64,000 nucleotides of DNA from a virus (lineage: Duplodnaviria > Caudoviricetes): positions 15,204 to 79,203 of the IMG/VR virus record IMGVR_UViG_3300037454_001182; one strand, written 5' to 3'. Positions 36,972-46,672 of the stretch are shown here, one piece after another. Both the position numbers and the translations under genes were made by a program. Numbering within the stretch: the stretch's first letter is position 1; each line of letters starts with the position of its first letter. The notes under the pieces are model-generated. The model was given only the letters and a program-made list of their open reading frames with translations, made no database searches and had not been told where the DNA came from.

Positions 36972-38623
36972 ACGGCTACCCTCCTTTCTATCTCATCCAG
37001 ACGGTCACAGAGGGCTTCGCACAACACCCTCGCCATGCCGACCTCTACCGCATTGCCAATGAACTTCTTTTGCTCTGATTGACTGCCTACCAGGACGTAA
37101 TCAGTAGGGAACCCCATAATGCGTTTCAACTCGGACACCTTCAGCATCCTCATCTTAATGTCGATAATACTATACATCGCCATGAACTCCTTAATCTTCT
37201 GGGTCATTGGGCTGTCAGTCTCATACACCTCTATGCCTACTCCCTCTTTGGTGCTGATAAGGTACGGCGGCATCTTATCCATACGAGCAATCAGAGTGAA
37301 GCAAGGGTCATTGACCGAGCCACCTTTGCTTGCAAACTGCGGATTCATCAAGTAGTGCCATTTGGCCGTAGTCTGTTCTGCGGTCACTAACTGGTACTTC
37401 GGATTCGTGGTCGCTGTTGGTGCCGGACTTTCAATAGATGAGGGTGTGCCATTGCCGTACTGCATATCCAGAAAGCAAGCCTTGACTTTCTCGAAGCGGT
37501 CTTTGGTGGTGACGGTTGGCGATGGTTTTTCCAGAGAGGAATTGAAGCCATTACCATAGTGAGCCGTTAGGAACTCCGCTTCAACGAGTGCGTGATGGTC
37601 AATACAGGTCAATGTTCCTGCAGGCCCATCCACGCTGATATTCTTGTCTGACGGATTGCCAGAGAATTGCTTTGACAGGAAGTGTACCTGTGCAACACCG
37701 AGGCGGTTCTGACAGGCAACAGTCGGACACGGCTCATCAATGGATGGTGCAGAATAGCCACCACTTCGATTCATGGAGTTGTATTTCACGATGAAAGCCG
37801 CAAAGTCTCTCTGGCTCATTCCGGCCACAAACTTAATCAAACCTGCATAGATTCTTTCGAGGGTCTTTTCAACCAGTGGCTTCTTTCTGTCAAAGATGGA
37901 TTCGCCCTCATCTGAGAAATCCAGAACGTCACGAACAGGCTTCCATTTCTTCATTTCTCCAAACATTCCACCTGTATCACCATCCTTGGAATGGGTGGCT
38001 ACCGGGAATGTGATGGGGAGGCCAGTCTTGGCGAATTGACCAAAGAACCGCTTTCTGGAAGTATAGGCTCCGTAGTCGGCAGCGTTCAGAATACGCCAGT
38101 AGTAATCATAGCCATAACTCTTCACGTTCTGAATCCATTTGAGATAACAGCGGCCTTTATCCTTGCTGATGGGGTGGCCGTGTTCGTCCATATCGCCCCA
38201 ACTCATGAACTCTTCCACATTCTCAATCTGGATATAGTCTGGATTCAGAGCCTCAATATAACGGAACAGGTGTTCAGCCAACGTGCGGCTGTCTGCGTCT
38301 CTGGGCATACCACCTTTGGCCTTACTGAAGTTCGTACATTCCAGTGAAGCCCACAATACAACGTAGGCATCTGGGTACTTCGCTTTCATCTTCTTTAGAT
38401 GGGCAACCATTGGCGTTAGTTCCAACGTCCTAATATCCTCAGTGTAATGTACTGCCTCTGGATGGTTGGCAGCATGAGAGGCAATAGCGTTTGCATCGTG
38501 ATTGACACAGGCTATTACCTTGGCACATTTCTTGCCGTTGTGGGTCGCTTTCTCCACGCCAGTAGATGTGCCACCTGCACCACAAAACAGGTCAATGTAT
38601 AACAATCTAATATCTTCCATCAT
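36968..38623 (-). CDS. C5-cytosine DNA methyltransferase
   Basis: DLFCGAGG (motif I), SLECTNFS (variant motif IV), IENVEEF (VI), RKRFF (VIII), FIGNAV (X). Confidence 0.92.
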   Translation of the reverse strand: MMEDIRLLYIDLFCGAGGTSTGVEKATHNGKKCAKVIACVNHDANAIASHAANHPEAVHYTEDIRTLELTPMVAHLKKMKAKYPDAYVVLWASLECTNFSKAKGGMPRDADSRTLAEHLFRYIEALNPDYIQIENVEEFMSWGDMDEHGHPISKDKGRCYLKWIQNVKSYGYDYYWRILNAADYGAYTSRKRFFGQFAKTGLPITFPVATHSKDGDTGGMFGEMKKWKPVRDVLDFSDEGESIFDRKKPLVEKTLERIYAGLIKFVAGMSQRDFAAFIVKYNSMNRSGGYSAPSIDEPCPTVACQNRLGVAQVHFLSKQFSGNPSDKNISVDGPAGTLTCIDHHALVEAEFLTAHYGNGFNSSLEKPSPTVTTKDRFEKVKACFLDMQYGNGTPSSIESPAPTATTNPKYQLVTAEQTTAKWHYLMNPQFASKGGSVNDPCFTLIARMDKMPPYLISTKEGVGIEVYETDSPMTQKIKEFMAMYSIIDIKMRMLKVSELKRIMGFPTDYVLVGSQSEQKKFIGNAVEVGMARVLCEALCDRLDEIERRVAV

Positions 38624-38862
38624 GTTTCTCTTACAAATCGTTTACTACTTATGCGCTTATACTTCACTTTGGGGTCATAGTTCTTAATCAGCATACGAAT
38701 CTGGGCATCTGTCAAGTTCGGACAATCTGCCTCTTTGAAGATTCTGGCATCGCCTTGGTGTTCACCGAAGTTCCGCAAGGGAAAATGCCTCAGATACCCA
38801 TGCTCTCCAACCATTAACACGGTCACTTCGTAACCATCATTCCAGTTAATACCGAACTGCAT
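38620..38862 (-). CDS. Hypothetical protein
   Basis: Start moved to MQFGINW. Confidence 0.55.
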   Translation of the reverse strand: MQFGINWNDGYEVTVLMVGEHGYLRHFPLRNFGEHQGDARIFKEADCPNLTDAQIRMLIKNYDPKVKYKRISSKRFVRET

Positions 38863-39295
38863 ACTGCTTGATTTTATTGATGTAATCTGGGAACTCTTCA
38901 AAGGGGAACTCATCACGGTTGAGGGCATCAATCTGTGCGAGAACCTGTTGCTTCTTAGCCTCATTGTCTTGGCTCTTGAAGTGAAACAAATCATCATCAA
39001 CCACGCCCTTTTCCAGTTGCTTCAACTTGGTTGCTCTGGACTTCAACAATGTGGCTCTCCTATGTTCGTGCCACTCCTTGCCAACTAATATATCCTGTGG
39101 GCCTTTGTAGAACTCAACCTTTCTATGAGGATTGTTCACCTTGACCAGTGCGGCCAGATATTCAAAGTACCACAGCCACCTTGTAACAAAGTCTGGTGTC
39201 ATGCCAGAGCGGTAATAGACTACATCATCCATGTGGAAATAGTTAGTCTCACCGCTCACGGCAATCTTCACCACGCATTTATTCAAGTCTGCCAT
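38846..39295 (-). CDS. Hypothetical protein
   Basis: 149-aa ORF in operon. Confidence 0.65.
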   Translation of the reverse strand: MADLNKCVVKIAVSGETNYFHMDDVVYYRSGMTPDFVTRWLWYFEYLAALVKVNNPHRKVEFYKGPQDILVGKEWHEHRRATLLKSRATKLKQLEKGVVDDDLFHFKSQDNEAKKQQVLAQIDALNRDEFPFEEFPDYINKIKQYAVRY

Positions 39296-39296
39296 A

Positions 39297-39455
39297 TTAC
39301 TTACGCATCATTGCGTTGCTTTGTGTACTACTGTCTGGTGAGGTCAGAATGGTAAATGCCCATAGTGGGGACAATACAATCACAACCACGATAAGGATAA
39401 TATAGCAGATTGCCATCAAAGCGTACAAACCTGCTGACTTCAAGAACTTTCTCAT
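39297..39455 (-). CDS. Small membrane protein (52 aa, absent from the ORF track)
   Basis: Manual translation MRKFLKSAGLYALMAICYIILIVVVIVLSPLWAFTILTS...; fills the gap between genes. Confidence 0.55.
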   Translation of the reverse strand: MRKFLKSAGLYALMAICYIILIVVVIVLSPLWAFTILTSPDSSTQSNAMMRK

Positions 39456-39456
39456 A

Positions 39457-39876
39457 TCACAAACTATTTATCAGTTGGTCGATTCTCTCTTTAACATAAG
39501 GCAGCTTCCAGTACCCATCTTCACCGAATATCTGAGCCTCGGAAAACTCATGGGTGTCTGGTTTGTATTCCAGACCGATGAAGCCACCATCTGGGAAACG
39601 AATATCAATGCGAGGATTCTCAAAGCGCACTCGCAACTCTATCTTTGGCCGCGGCTTGCTTTCATCCACATCATCCTCAAAGATAGGGTATGAGTAGCGG
39701 ACACTCTCAAAGGTTGGTACTTCGTTGGTTCTGAGGTATCTCTTGGCTGCACAGAACGATGTACCCCAAAACTTGTCTTTGGTCAAATCCTCTGTGCGAT
39801 GGTCTGTCTCGATATAGCCGAACTTCTGGGCTATCTCTTCTGCGACCTTTAATAATGCTTGATTGACGATTTTCAT
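39457..39876 (-). CDS. Hypothetical protein
   Basis: 139 aa, AGAGCA-ATG start. Confidence 0.7.
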   Translation of the reverse strand: MKIVNQALLKVAEEIAQKFGYIETDHRTEDLTKDKFWGTSFCAAKRYLRTNEVPTFESVRYSYPIFEDDVDESKPRPKIELRVRFENPRIDIRFPDGGFIGLEYKPDTHEFSEAQIFGEDGYWKLPYVKERIDQLINSL

Positions 39877-39889
39877 TGCTCTTTTGTAT

Positions 39890-40126
39890 TTAGTCGAAAT
39901 GCTTGTTTATATACTCGTTAAACTCGGAATCAGTCAGCGACCTTAACACCCTGTCTGGCACAAAGCCGTATAACTGTTCGTCTATGATTCTGGCTCTTTC
40001 GTCTGTGTATTCAACGTGCCTATTCAGTAACGCTGCTTCCAGAGACATACCGCCAAACTCAACTGCACCTGCAACATTGTGAATGCCTGTGCGCGTCTGG
40101 AACTCTTGGCCTCGGTACTGTATCAT
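39890..40126 (-). CDS. Hypothetical protein
   Basis: 78 aa, translationally coupled. Confidence 0.6.
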   Translation of the reverse strand: MIQYRGQEFQTRTGIHNVAGAVEFGGMSLEAALLNRHVEYTDERARIIDEQLYGFVPDRVLRSLTDSEFNEYINKHFD

Positions 40127-40458
40127 ATCTCACGCTCTTCTATCATTTCCAACAACTCATTGATTCCAGCCTCATCAAACTCATCTAACAGATGCTCTTC
40201 GGATGGGTCATTGGGATTCCAACGGTTGGACGTGATGTTTACTTTGCTCTTTTCTGGCTCCAACAAATCAAAGGTGATGGATTCCACAAAAGGCTGATAC
40301 TCTTCGGCCTCATCAACCAGTTCTGGATGAACAAAGGCGATGCCGTGGGTGTTCTCTGGATAGAACCACATACTGATGGAGCGAGAGAACCACACTCCAG
40401 TAGAACTACCGTATCTCTGTACGGCTTTCTTGAATCGTTCTTTTTGCTCTTGTTTCAT
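40123..40458 (-). CDS. Hypothetical protein
   Basis: Start moved to AGAGCA-ATG at 40458. Confidence 0.65.
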   Translation of the reverse strand: MKQEQKERFKKAVQRYGSSTGVWFSRSISMWFYPENTHGIAFVHPELVDEAEEYQPFVESITFDLLEPEKSKVNITSNRWNPNDPSEEHLLDEFDEAGINELLEMIEEREI

Positions 40459-40506
40459 TGCTCTTTGGTATTTGGTGGGGTGGTGGTTAGCCACCCCGTG
40501 ACCTTG

Positions 40507-40917
40507 TTATGCTGCTTTCAGATACTTGCGGATTTCCCAGAGCATCGTACTCATGCGCTTGTAGAGGTAGTAGTTAGCACGGCTATTGTACTCTTTCAGT
40601 TTCAGCCCGGCTTCCTCAATGGTCTGTTCCTCTCTCTGGGTGAGTGCGGTGTGAACCAGTGTACGCTCTTTCCAGTCGAAGTCTTTCCAACCGTACTTCT
40701 CGATGATGTGCCAAAGTTTCTCGCGCATCTTCTCTTGCTTCTCTCTGGCCTTGGCTTGTTCTTTGGCTTCCTTTACCCTGGAATGATTCATCTTGACCCA
40801 GAGAGCGCAAAACTCATCTTTGCAAAGGTCGCTGTTCATGTAAACAACTTCGATGTGAGAATACTCTTCTGGGGTAACTCTCATTCCTACTCTCGTTTCA
40901 AATTCTGACTGTATCAT
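40507..40917 (-). CDS. Hypothetical protein
   Basis: 136 aa, AGAGCA-ATG start. Confidence 0.7.
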   Translation of the reverse strand: MIQSEFETRVGMRVTPEEYSHIEVVYMNSDLCKDEFCALWVKMNHSRVKEAKEQAKAREKQEKMREKLWHIIEKYGWKDFDWKERTLVHTALTQREEQTIEEAGLKLKEYNSRANYYLYKRMSTMLWEIRKYLKAA

Positions 40918-40953
40918 TGCTCTTTGATTTTAATTGTTATTATTTCATCTTTT

Positions 40954-41032
40954 GTACTACAAAGATAGCGTTTTTTTCTGAAATATCAAAACCGAATAGC
41001 AATTATTTTCAGCCGACCAACTCTTTTTAACT
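40954..41032 (-). promoter_or_regulatory. Repeated promoter element, copy 6
   Basis: Same consensus as the other copies. Confidence 0.78.
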
Positions 41033-41275
41033 CTTTGATTCAGAGGGTACTTTCTTGGCTCTGTACTGTTCCCTACGTTTGGCGTTTCTGGCCTCACGTT
41101 CCTCTGGTGTCTCAGTGGCTTTCTTACGATGGTAATACTCACGCGAGGCTTTGCGATGGGAAACAGGATCTGCGGCCACCTGCTTTCTTCCAGATTGCTT
41201 ACGAGCGGATAAAATGCCCTCTTTGTGGGATTCATAGTACCGCCTGTTATACTCACTCTTCTTTTCCTTATCCAT
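41027..41275 (-). CDS. Basic hypothetical protein
   Basis: 82 aa, Arg/Lys-rich. Confidence 0.55.
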   Translation of the reverse strand: MDKEKKSEYNRRYYESHKEGILSARKQSGRKQVAADPVSHRKASREYYHRKKATETPEEREARNAKRREQYRAKKVPSESKS

Positions 41276-41290
41276 AGTTGTACGTTTTAG

Positions 41291-41680
41291 TCATACCTTA
41301 CCTTTCTTTACTTTCTCGATGCAGTCTGTGATGAACCCTACCAGGTAGGAATGAGGCTCATCATTGGCAACATCAACCTTGGCACCAATGGCCTTGAAGA
41401 TTTGGTTGGCCGCATGGTCGGCCTCATGTGCCATGATTCCAGTTGTGATGTCCGGCAGCTTGTGTAACCAGACTATCACACCGTAATCTCCAGAACTTCT
41501 TTCTACCACATCATCAGTCAGAGCATAGGAATTTTCTACGACCTCATCACTTACCATGTATGGGTCTCGCTCCATATCATCGAAAAGGTCTGCGAGGTCT
41601 TTCTTCTCGCCACCTTTGGCCACCCATACCTTACGAGGGTAGATTACAGGGTCAAACTTGTGGATTTCAAACTTCGCCAT
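41291..41680 (-). CDS. HExxH-containing protein
   Basis: MAHEADHAA motif. Confidence 0.65.
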   Translation of the reverse strand: MAKFEIHKFDPVIYPRKVWVAKGGEKKDLADLFDDMERDPYMVSDEVVENSYALTDDVVERSSGDYGVIVWLHKLPDITTGIMAHEADHAANQIFKAIGAKVDVANDEPHSYLVGFITDCIEKVKKGKV

Positions 41681-41682
41681 AT

Positions 41683-41850
41683 TTATAGATGGTCATATTC
41701 AACTTCCTGCCAGTCTTTACCATTGAATGTAACTTTGTCGGCAGCGACATCAACAACACAGTGAATCGTTTCACCATTCCACATGTTTTCGTATGTGTAC
41801 CAGTCAGTCCAAAACGCTGTCTGGTCTTTGCAGATAACAAGGTATTTCAT
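41683..41850 (-). CDS. Small hypothetical protein (55 aa)
   Basis: Start MKYLVIC overlaps the upstream stop codon (ATGA). Confidence 0.55.
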   Translation of the reverse strand: MKYLVICKDQTAFWTDWYTYENMWNGETIHCVVDVAADKVTFNGKDWQEVEYDHL

Positions 41851-42014
41851 CTTCTTTTTCTCTTTGATTTTGGGCATTCGATTATGGCATCTATTGGAGC
41901 AGCACCATCGTAACGAGGGTGGCAACATAGCAAATCATCAGTCTCACATTCTGACATGGATATATGGGATGGCCTACAAACGTAGTCGCATTGATAGCAG
42001 TTTACTTTCTTCAT
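41847..42014 (-). CDS. Small Cys-rich protein (55 aa, absent from the ORF track)
   Basis: Manual translation MKKVNCYQCDYVC...CCHPRY...ECPKSKRKRR; coupled at both ends. Confidence 0.5.
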   Translation of the reverse strand: MKKVNCYQCDYVCRPSHISMSECETDDLLCCHPRYDGAAPIDAIIECPKSKRKRR

Positions 42015-42463
42015 TACTCAAACCTCCTTTCCAGTTTCTCTTTGATTTGTCGGCATACCTCACCATTATGGCACTTCTTACCGTCAATACGAGGTTGTAG
42101 CATCTGCAACAGTATTCCTACTTCCTCATTGGTAAACCTGACTTCCGGCCTACGTCTGTCTATCTGGCGTTCCAGAGTATCAACGGCAAACCGCAACCCT
42201 TTTAGGAATGTCTCTAACTCGCTGTCACCTCCTAACGTGATAGTGACTTCCCCAACTTTATTGCCATTATCCAACGGCTCGAAGTCTAACCGCATTTCTG
42301 TTTGTGACAGGTCTTTGATACGGAAGTACGTTCTGGAACCCTTAGTGAAATCACCGCCTTGGTAGCCATTGGTGCCTACTTCCACCTCAATGAGGTTGGC
42401 ACTCTCAAACTCTTCTACCAGTGTGGGGATGGTATGACCATCTACAACAGCATTACTCTTCAT
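42014..42463 (-). CDS. Hypothetical protein, paralogue of 47904-48536
   Basis: Shared IEVEVGTxGYxGGD..xGxRTYFxI motif. Confidence 0.7.
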   Translation of the reverse strand: MKSNAVVDGHTIPTLVEEFESANLIEVEVGTNGYQGGDFTKGSRTYFRIKDLSQTEMRLDFEPLDNGNKVGEVTITLGGDSELETFLKGLRFAVDTLERQIDRRRPEVRFTNEEVGILLQMLQPRIDGKKCHNGEVCRQIKEKLERRFE

Positions 42464-42833
42464 TGTTCTCTACTATTTGATAATTTACGTTCTTTGGTCT
42501 GGAATCAATCTTGGCCATTCTCTCTACGAAGATTCTATGGAAAGCCATAGAGCGAGTTTCTGCCCTGTGCTTGGCATCGTATCTGTTGTGACACGCCTGG
42601 CACAATGCGCGTAGATTCTCTGGGTCGCAATTCTCTGGCGTATGGTCGAGGTGGGCAATAGTCAGCACCACCTTAACCATCTTACCTGTTTTCTCATTCC
42701 AAAAGTAGGTGTGATTCTGCTTGCCGCAAAACTCACAGCGATTGTGCGCCCTCTCCAATATGGATTCGCGTATCTGCTTCCAGTTGGCAGGGTAACGCTT
42801 CTTATTCTCTGGTTTGATAGGCATATCACTCAA
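42453..42833 (-). CDS. HNH endonuclease-like protein
   Basis: RCEFCG...LTIAHLDH..N...NLRALCQACHNRYD. Confidence 0.82.
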   Translation of the reverse strand: MSDMPIKPENKKRYPANWKQIRESILERAHNRCEFCGKQNHTYFWNEKTGKMVKVVLTIAHLDHTPENCDPENLRALCQACHNRYDAKHRAETRSMAFHRIFVERMAKIDSRPKNVNYQIVENNEE

Positions 42834-42990
42834 CTTTTACGAAATGTCTGTTGTAATCACCGTTTACTGTCATACACGCTTGTGGATGGCAAACGTCCAG
42901 AGATTGCAGTGCGCAACCATCACACTTTGAACCATCATCTTCGACAATCTTCAACTTCATGCCATAGATTTCATATACCTGCTCATTCAT
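42826..42990 (-). CDS. Small Cys-rich protein (54 aa, absent from the ORF track)
   Basis: Manual translation MNEQVYEIYGMKLKIVEDDGSKCDGCAL...C....C. Confidence 0.5.
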   Translation of the reverse strand: MNEQVYEIYGMKLKIVEDDGSKCDGCALQSLDVCHPQACMTVNGDYNRHFVKVE

Positions 42991-43201
42991 GGCCCACCTC
43001 CTTTTCTGTGTCTGAATGGTTACACTTCACCTGTTTTGGATAATCTATGAGGTCACCGAAATGCGGACAGATACGACAGCCTCCAGAACCTACCTTGATA
43101 GGATTTCCGCTTGGATGCTTCTGGCCGTAAGGGCATGGGGTGATACACTTATCGGGTCTGTTTGCTGACAGGCTGATAGTCTCGTATAATAGAATCTTCA
43201 T
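42983..43201 (-). CDS. Cys-rich hypothetical protein
   Basis: 72 aa with CPY and CxxC motifs. Confidence 0.55.
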   Translation of the reverse strand: MKILLYETISLSANRPDKCITPCPYGQKHPSGNPIKVGSGGCRICPHFGDLIDYPKQVKCNHSDTEKEVGHE

Positions 43202-43857
43202 TTATCACCTCCTTTCAGAAAGATAACATTCTTACCGTCCTTTCGATTCTCCTTATAGCAGAAACCACTAAACTTGCAATCATCATCCTCTGCAAGAAAG
43301 GCGCAACCGCTACAATCTTCACCGTCTGTCTTTTCCACGCAAAGAAGATGCTCACCTTTGAACTCCACAACATCGCCAATAGCGACATCGCGCTTTTGCT
43401 CTGGTTCTGGTTCTGGCTTCGGATTCATCAACTCTCTCAAATCTATCTTATCCAGTTTGGCGCATAGTTCCTTGGCATATTCGATAGACAGGTTGGTAAT
43501 GAAATCGACACAACCATCTTCATTCAAATCTTTGATGTTCTTTGTACGCATGAGTGACTGCATCGCCATTCCAGAGAATACGCAAAGGTGGCTTTCGTAT
43601 GCCCTTACCTTTTCCCTTTCCTCAAAATCTGAGACTTCCTCAAAATCCCATGCGAGATTAAGCCCCTTGACCATTTCATGCTCATCCAGATTAGCGTCAA
43701 TGTAACTGACCCAATCCGTCTTTCTTCTTTTATCACTTTCTCCGTTGTGACTTACGACATAGACAATTTCACCAGTCTTTCGATTCTTGGCCTTGCCTCT
43801 TCCTAATATAAACATAATTGATTCGATTAAAATAAACGTGAACGAATACGATTCCAA
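43198..43857 (-). CDS. Hypothetical protein with Cys-rich C-terminus
   Basis: 219-aa ORF; true start possibly downstream. Confidence 0.6.
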   Translation of the reverse strand: MESYSFTFILIESIMFILGRGKAKNRKTGEIVYVVSHNGESDKRRKTDWVSYIDANLDEHEMVKGLNLAWDFEEVSDFEEREKVRAYESHLCVFSGMAMQSLMRTKNIKDLNEDGCVDFITNLSIEYAKELCAKLDKIDLRELMNPKPEPEPEQKRDVAIGDVVEFKGEHLLCVEKTDGEDCSGCAFLAEDDDCKFSGFCYKENRKDGKNVIFLKGGDK

Positions 43858-44276
43858 TAACTTTTCTTTGAGTAGTTCCTACGCTTATTGTAGGCATGGA
43901 GTTTTGAACGGTATGGTGGCACTGGTGGCTCTGGAGCCTCAACCAGAGGAATGAAATCAATCAATGGCGGTTCTGGCAGCTTAGTCAAAACATACACTTG
44001 GTTTTCCATTTCTGCCACCTCGATAGCATCGTATGTCTCAGTATCAATCTGAACACAGACATCAACAGTCTGCAATTCGGTGTCTGGGGCTATCCTCTGG
44101 GCGTGTGCCTCTAATTTGGTCTCAATCTCAGAGGGTGACAGCTTGCCATCGTTCACGTCATAGATGAACTTGCACAGGCTCTTATAGCCCTCACCGACAC
44201 ACTTACGGCCTCTCAGTGGATTGTAGGCATATACCTTACCAATCTGGAGTTTGATATTGAAAGTCAACTCTGCCAT
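43827..44276 (-). CDS. Hypothetical protein
   Basis: 149 aa. Confidence 0.6.
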   Translation of the reverse strand: MAELTFNIKLQIGKVYAYNPLRGRKCVGEGYKSLCKFIYDVNDGKLSPSEIETKLEAHAQRIAPDTELQTVDVCVQIDTETYDAIEVAEMENQVYVLTKLPEPPLIDFIPLVEAPEPPVPPYRSKLHAYNKRRNYSKKSYWNRIRSRLF

Positions 44277-44848
44277 TATACCAGTTCAAATGAATAGGCG
44301 TACACTAACGGATTATCAATCCAAGTATTGCGACCACACACCTTATTGATGAGGTGATGGAACGCCTCTCTGGGAGTACCCCAACACTCTTCACAGTTCG
44401 GATAGGTGTAGTAGTCACCATCTTCAACATCGTAGCCCTTGATGATACCCTCGGCCAGACAATCCTCATCCGAAATATCCTGCAGACATTCCACCTTGAT
44501 TCCAGTAATGCGGATTGAGTGAGGCATCAACTCGGCTTTGACATACATCTTATTTGTCACTCCGATGTGATTCTCTTCGACCAGACGAATGACCTCATTT
44601 TCCAATCTGGGTGGCAGGTACTCCGCTTCCAGAATGTCCTTATACCTCTGACCGATGGCCACGACCTCACCGACCTTGAAAGGCGAATGTGCAAGCATGT
44701 ACTCATCACGCTTGGCGATGTCACCACCTGCATAGGTCATGGCATCAACAACAAGCCTGTTTGGAATTGACCTGCGCGTATTCCATTTGTCTTTCTTCAG
44801 CACGGCTTGATGAAGTCCCTGCTCTTCGGAAAACATTATCTTTCTCAT
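44276..44848 (-). CDS. ASCH/PUA-like domain protein
   Basis: K.NTRR, RITGIKVECLQDISDEDCLAEG, W..NP.V.AYSF pattern. Confidence 0.7.
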   Translation of the reverse strand: MRKIMFSEEQGLHQAVLKKDKWNTRRSIPNRLVVDAMTYAGGDIAKRDEYMLAHSPFKVGEVVAIGQRYKDILEAEYLPPRLENEVIRLVEENHIGVTNKMYVKAELMPHSIRITGIKVECLQDISDEDCLAEGIIKGYDVEDGDYYTYPNCEECWGTPREAFHHLINKVCGRNTWIDNPLVYAYSFELV

Positions 44849-45123
44849 ACCTCCTTGATTTCAAACAGGTGGAACACCAACATTCCGTTACGCATCTGGA
44901 TAGTTCCGATGTAGTTCAACTTTCTGGCTTCATCAGTAGAAATGTCATGGCCAGTTCCGGCCAATCTGAACTTTCTCACCTCTGCCTTGTTATCTGGATT
45001 CACCAAAGCCCAGATACACGGCATACCATTCTGAACCTGCACCGTCAGAATCTCAGCATTTTGCGGTAAGGTGACAGACTGGTAATCTGTCACCTCGATA
45101 GGATATTTGAACACTTTCATCAT
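44845..45123 (-). CDS. Conserved phage hypothetical protein
   Basis: VFKYPI...LP..AEILTVQVQ...GTGH...YIGT.Q..G.LVFHLFE. Confidence 0.7.
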   Translation of the reverse strand: MMKVFKYPIEVTDYQSVTLPQNAEILTVQVQNGMPCIWALVNPDNKAEVRKFRLAGTGHDISTDEARKLNYIGTIQMRNGMLVFHLFEIKEV

Positions 45124-45134
45124 TGCCTTGCCTC

Positions 45135-45719
45135 CTACTCGCAGAAAATGAAGTCCATATATTCAGCAAGGAACTGTTGGCCCGCGTACTCCGCTAACGC
45201 TCTATTTTTGAAGCAGAGGCGACCGCCGCCGTACGTGCTCGAGAACGACGAAGCGTTACTCGTGAGCGACAAAGCGACACCCGCATTCGCACTCGCGCTG
45301 TTGTACGAGCGACCGAGAACGCGGATTCCCTTTTTGTCCTCTTCATCCATACCGTCCAGTTCCTCCTGTGTGTAGAACACGAACCAAGGGAAATAGCGGT
45401 ATTCATCCTCAGTAAAATTCGGCTTCCATCCCTCATTGAGAGCTTCAACAATAGTCTTTAGTTTGATGTAGGCCACCTCATCCTTTTCGAGAAAACAACG
45501 GCTGTTGTCAATCGGTGAAGAATAGCGCAGGTCGTGGAAGTTTACAGGCTGAATACCGAGGACTTTGCAAGCATCCTCATACGTCTTTACCCTCTCTGTG
45601 ATAGGCAGCAGGGAATCCAGACCATCAACCTGTACGTCATGCTTACGCATGAGTTCCATCATTTCTTTTGCAAACACTTGTGCCTTATCATCTGGCACGA
45701 TCAGTTTTAACTCTTTCAT
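45135..45719 (-). CDS. Hypothetical protein with DGR-type variable-repeat-like C-terminus
   Basis: GRSYNSASANAGVALSLTSNASSFSSTYGGGRLCF, encoded by alternating TCG/GCG/ACG and NNC/NNT codons. Confidence 0.75.
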   Translation of the reverse strand: MKELKLIVPDDKAQVFAKEMMELMRKHDVQVDGLDSLLPITERVKTYEDACKVLGIQPVNFHDLRYSSPIDNSRCFLEKDEVAYIKLKTIVEALNEGWKPNFTEDEYRYFPWFVFYTQEELDGMDEEDKKGIRVLGRSYNSASANAGVALSLTSNASSFSSTYGGGRLCFKNRALAEYAGQQFLAEYMDFIFCE

Positions 45720-45766
45720 TGCTCTATGAGTATTTAATATACGCAGGGCGGTTACTCCTGCAAATC

Positions 45767-46018
45767 CTATAAATCAATATCAAAGCCCATATCAGACAGG
45801 GCAAGGATAACGGCTACTGGCAATTCATAGATACCATCGTAATCTATCACAGTGTTGCCATCAGTGACATAGTTTCCACAAACGTAGGTATCATCGTCAT
45901 TGTCTTTCTCCCATTCCCAACTGTGGGAACTCGGAGTGATTGCTACCCACACATCATCATCATCAAAATAGAAGTGATGGATGCCGTCATTATCAACGTT
46001 TCTTCTGGTGATATTCAT
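45767..46018 (-). CDS. Acidic hypothetical protein
   Basis: 83 aa, AGAGCA-ATG start. Confidence 0.65.
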   Translation of the reverse strand: MNITRRNVDNDGIHHFYFDDDDVWVAITPSSHSWEWEKDNDDDTYVCGNYVTDGNTVIDYDGIYELPVAVILALSDMGFDIDL

Positions 46019-46030
46019 TGCTCTTATATT

Positions 46031-46264
46031 TTATAGTTCTACTGGTATGGATTTGCCTGTTAACCTTTCAAGTGCGACTAAGACATTCCATCCCAAATTT
46101 GTCTGTATTTGCTGCATCTTTTCGTGATGCTCCATTGCCTTATTACGGTAGGTTTCACTCTCTTGCCTTTTGGCAAAGTAGTAGTTGAAACTCTTAACGT
46201 GGTCGATGTATTCATCAAGAACTTCTTGATTTACATTTACTGTCACAATTACTGGAAAACTCAT
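46031..46264 (-). CDS. Hypothetical protein
   Basis: 77 aa, AGAGCA-ATG start. Confidence 0.65.
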   Translation of the reverse strand: MSFPVIVTVNVNQEVLDEYIDHVKSFNYYFAKRQESETYRNKAMEHHEKMQQIQTNLGWNVLVALERLTGKSIPVEL

Positions 46265-46276
46265 TGCTCTTTGGTT

Positions 46277-46660
46277 TTATTGGTTTACTTTCTCGAATGA
46301 TATTTGGCCATCCTCTTGCGCTCGATTCAAGATACCCAGTACGTAGTTGTTCACGTTCTCTTCATCACCGACCTCTCTTGCAGTTCTGAGGAACAGCGTT
46401 TCGTTCATGTAACGCTCTCTCATCTTACCCTGCCAGTCTGTGAAGATTCCAGTGATACGGATTCTGGTAACTTTCTTCTGCATAAGGCTCTTGGCTCTTG
46501 TCTTTACCCATGCAAGGCTGTAAGACGTATAGACATTGGTAGGGGATTTCATGGAACCGCTACCGTGCATCTTTGAATAATCCCACAGGTTGTAGAACTG
46601 TCTGCCTGTGCTGTCTTTTTCCTCAGTATAGGAAAAGCGGTCATTGATTTTGTGCTCCAT
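46277..46660 (-). CDS. Hypothetical protein
   Basis: 127 aa. Confidence 0.65.
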   Translation of the reverse strand: MEHKINDRFSYTEEKDSTGRQFYNLWDYSKMHGSGSMKSPTNVYTSYSLAWVKTRAKSLMQKKVTRIRITGIFTDWQGKMRERYMNETLFLRTAREVGDEENVNNYVLGILNRAQEDGQISFEKVNQ

Positions 46661-46672
46661 AACTCAAACCGT

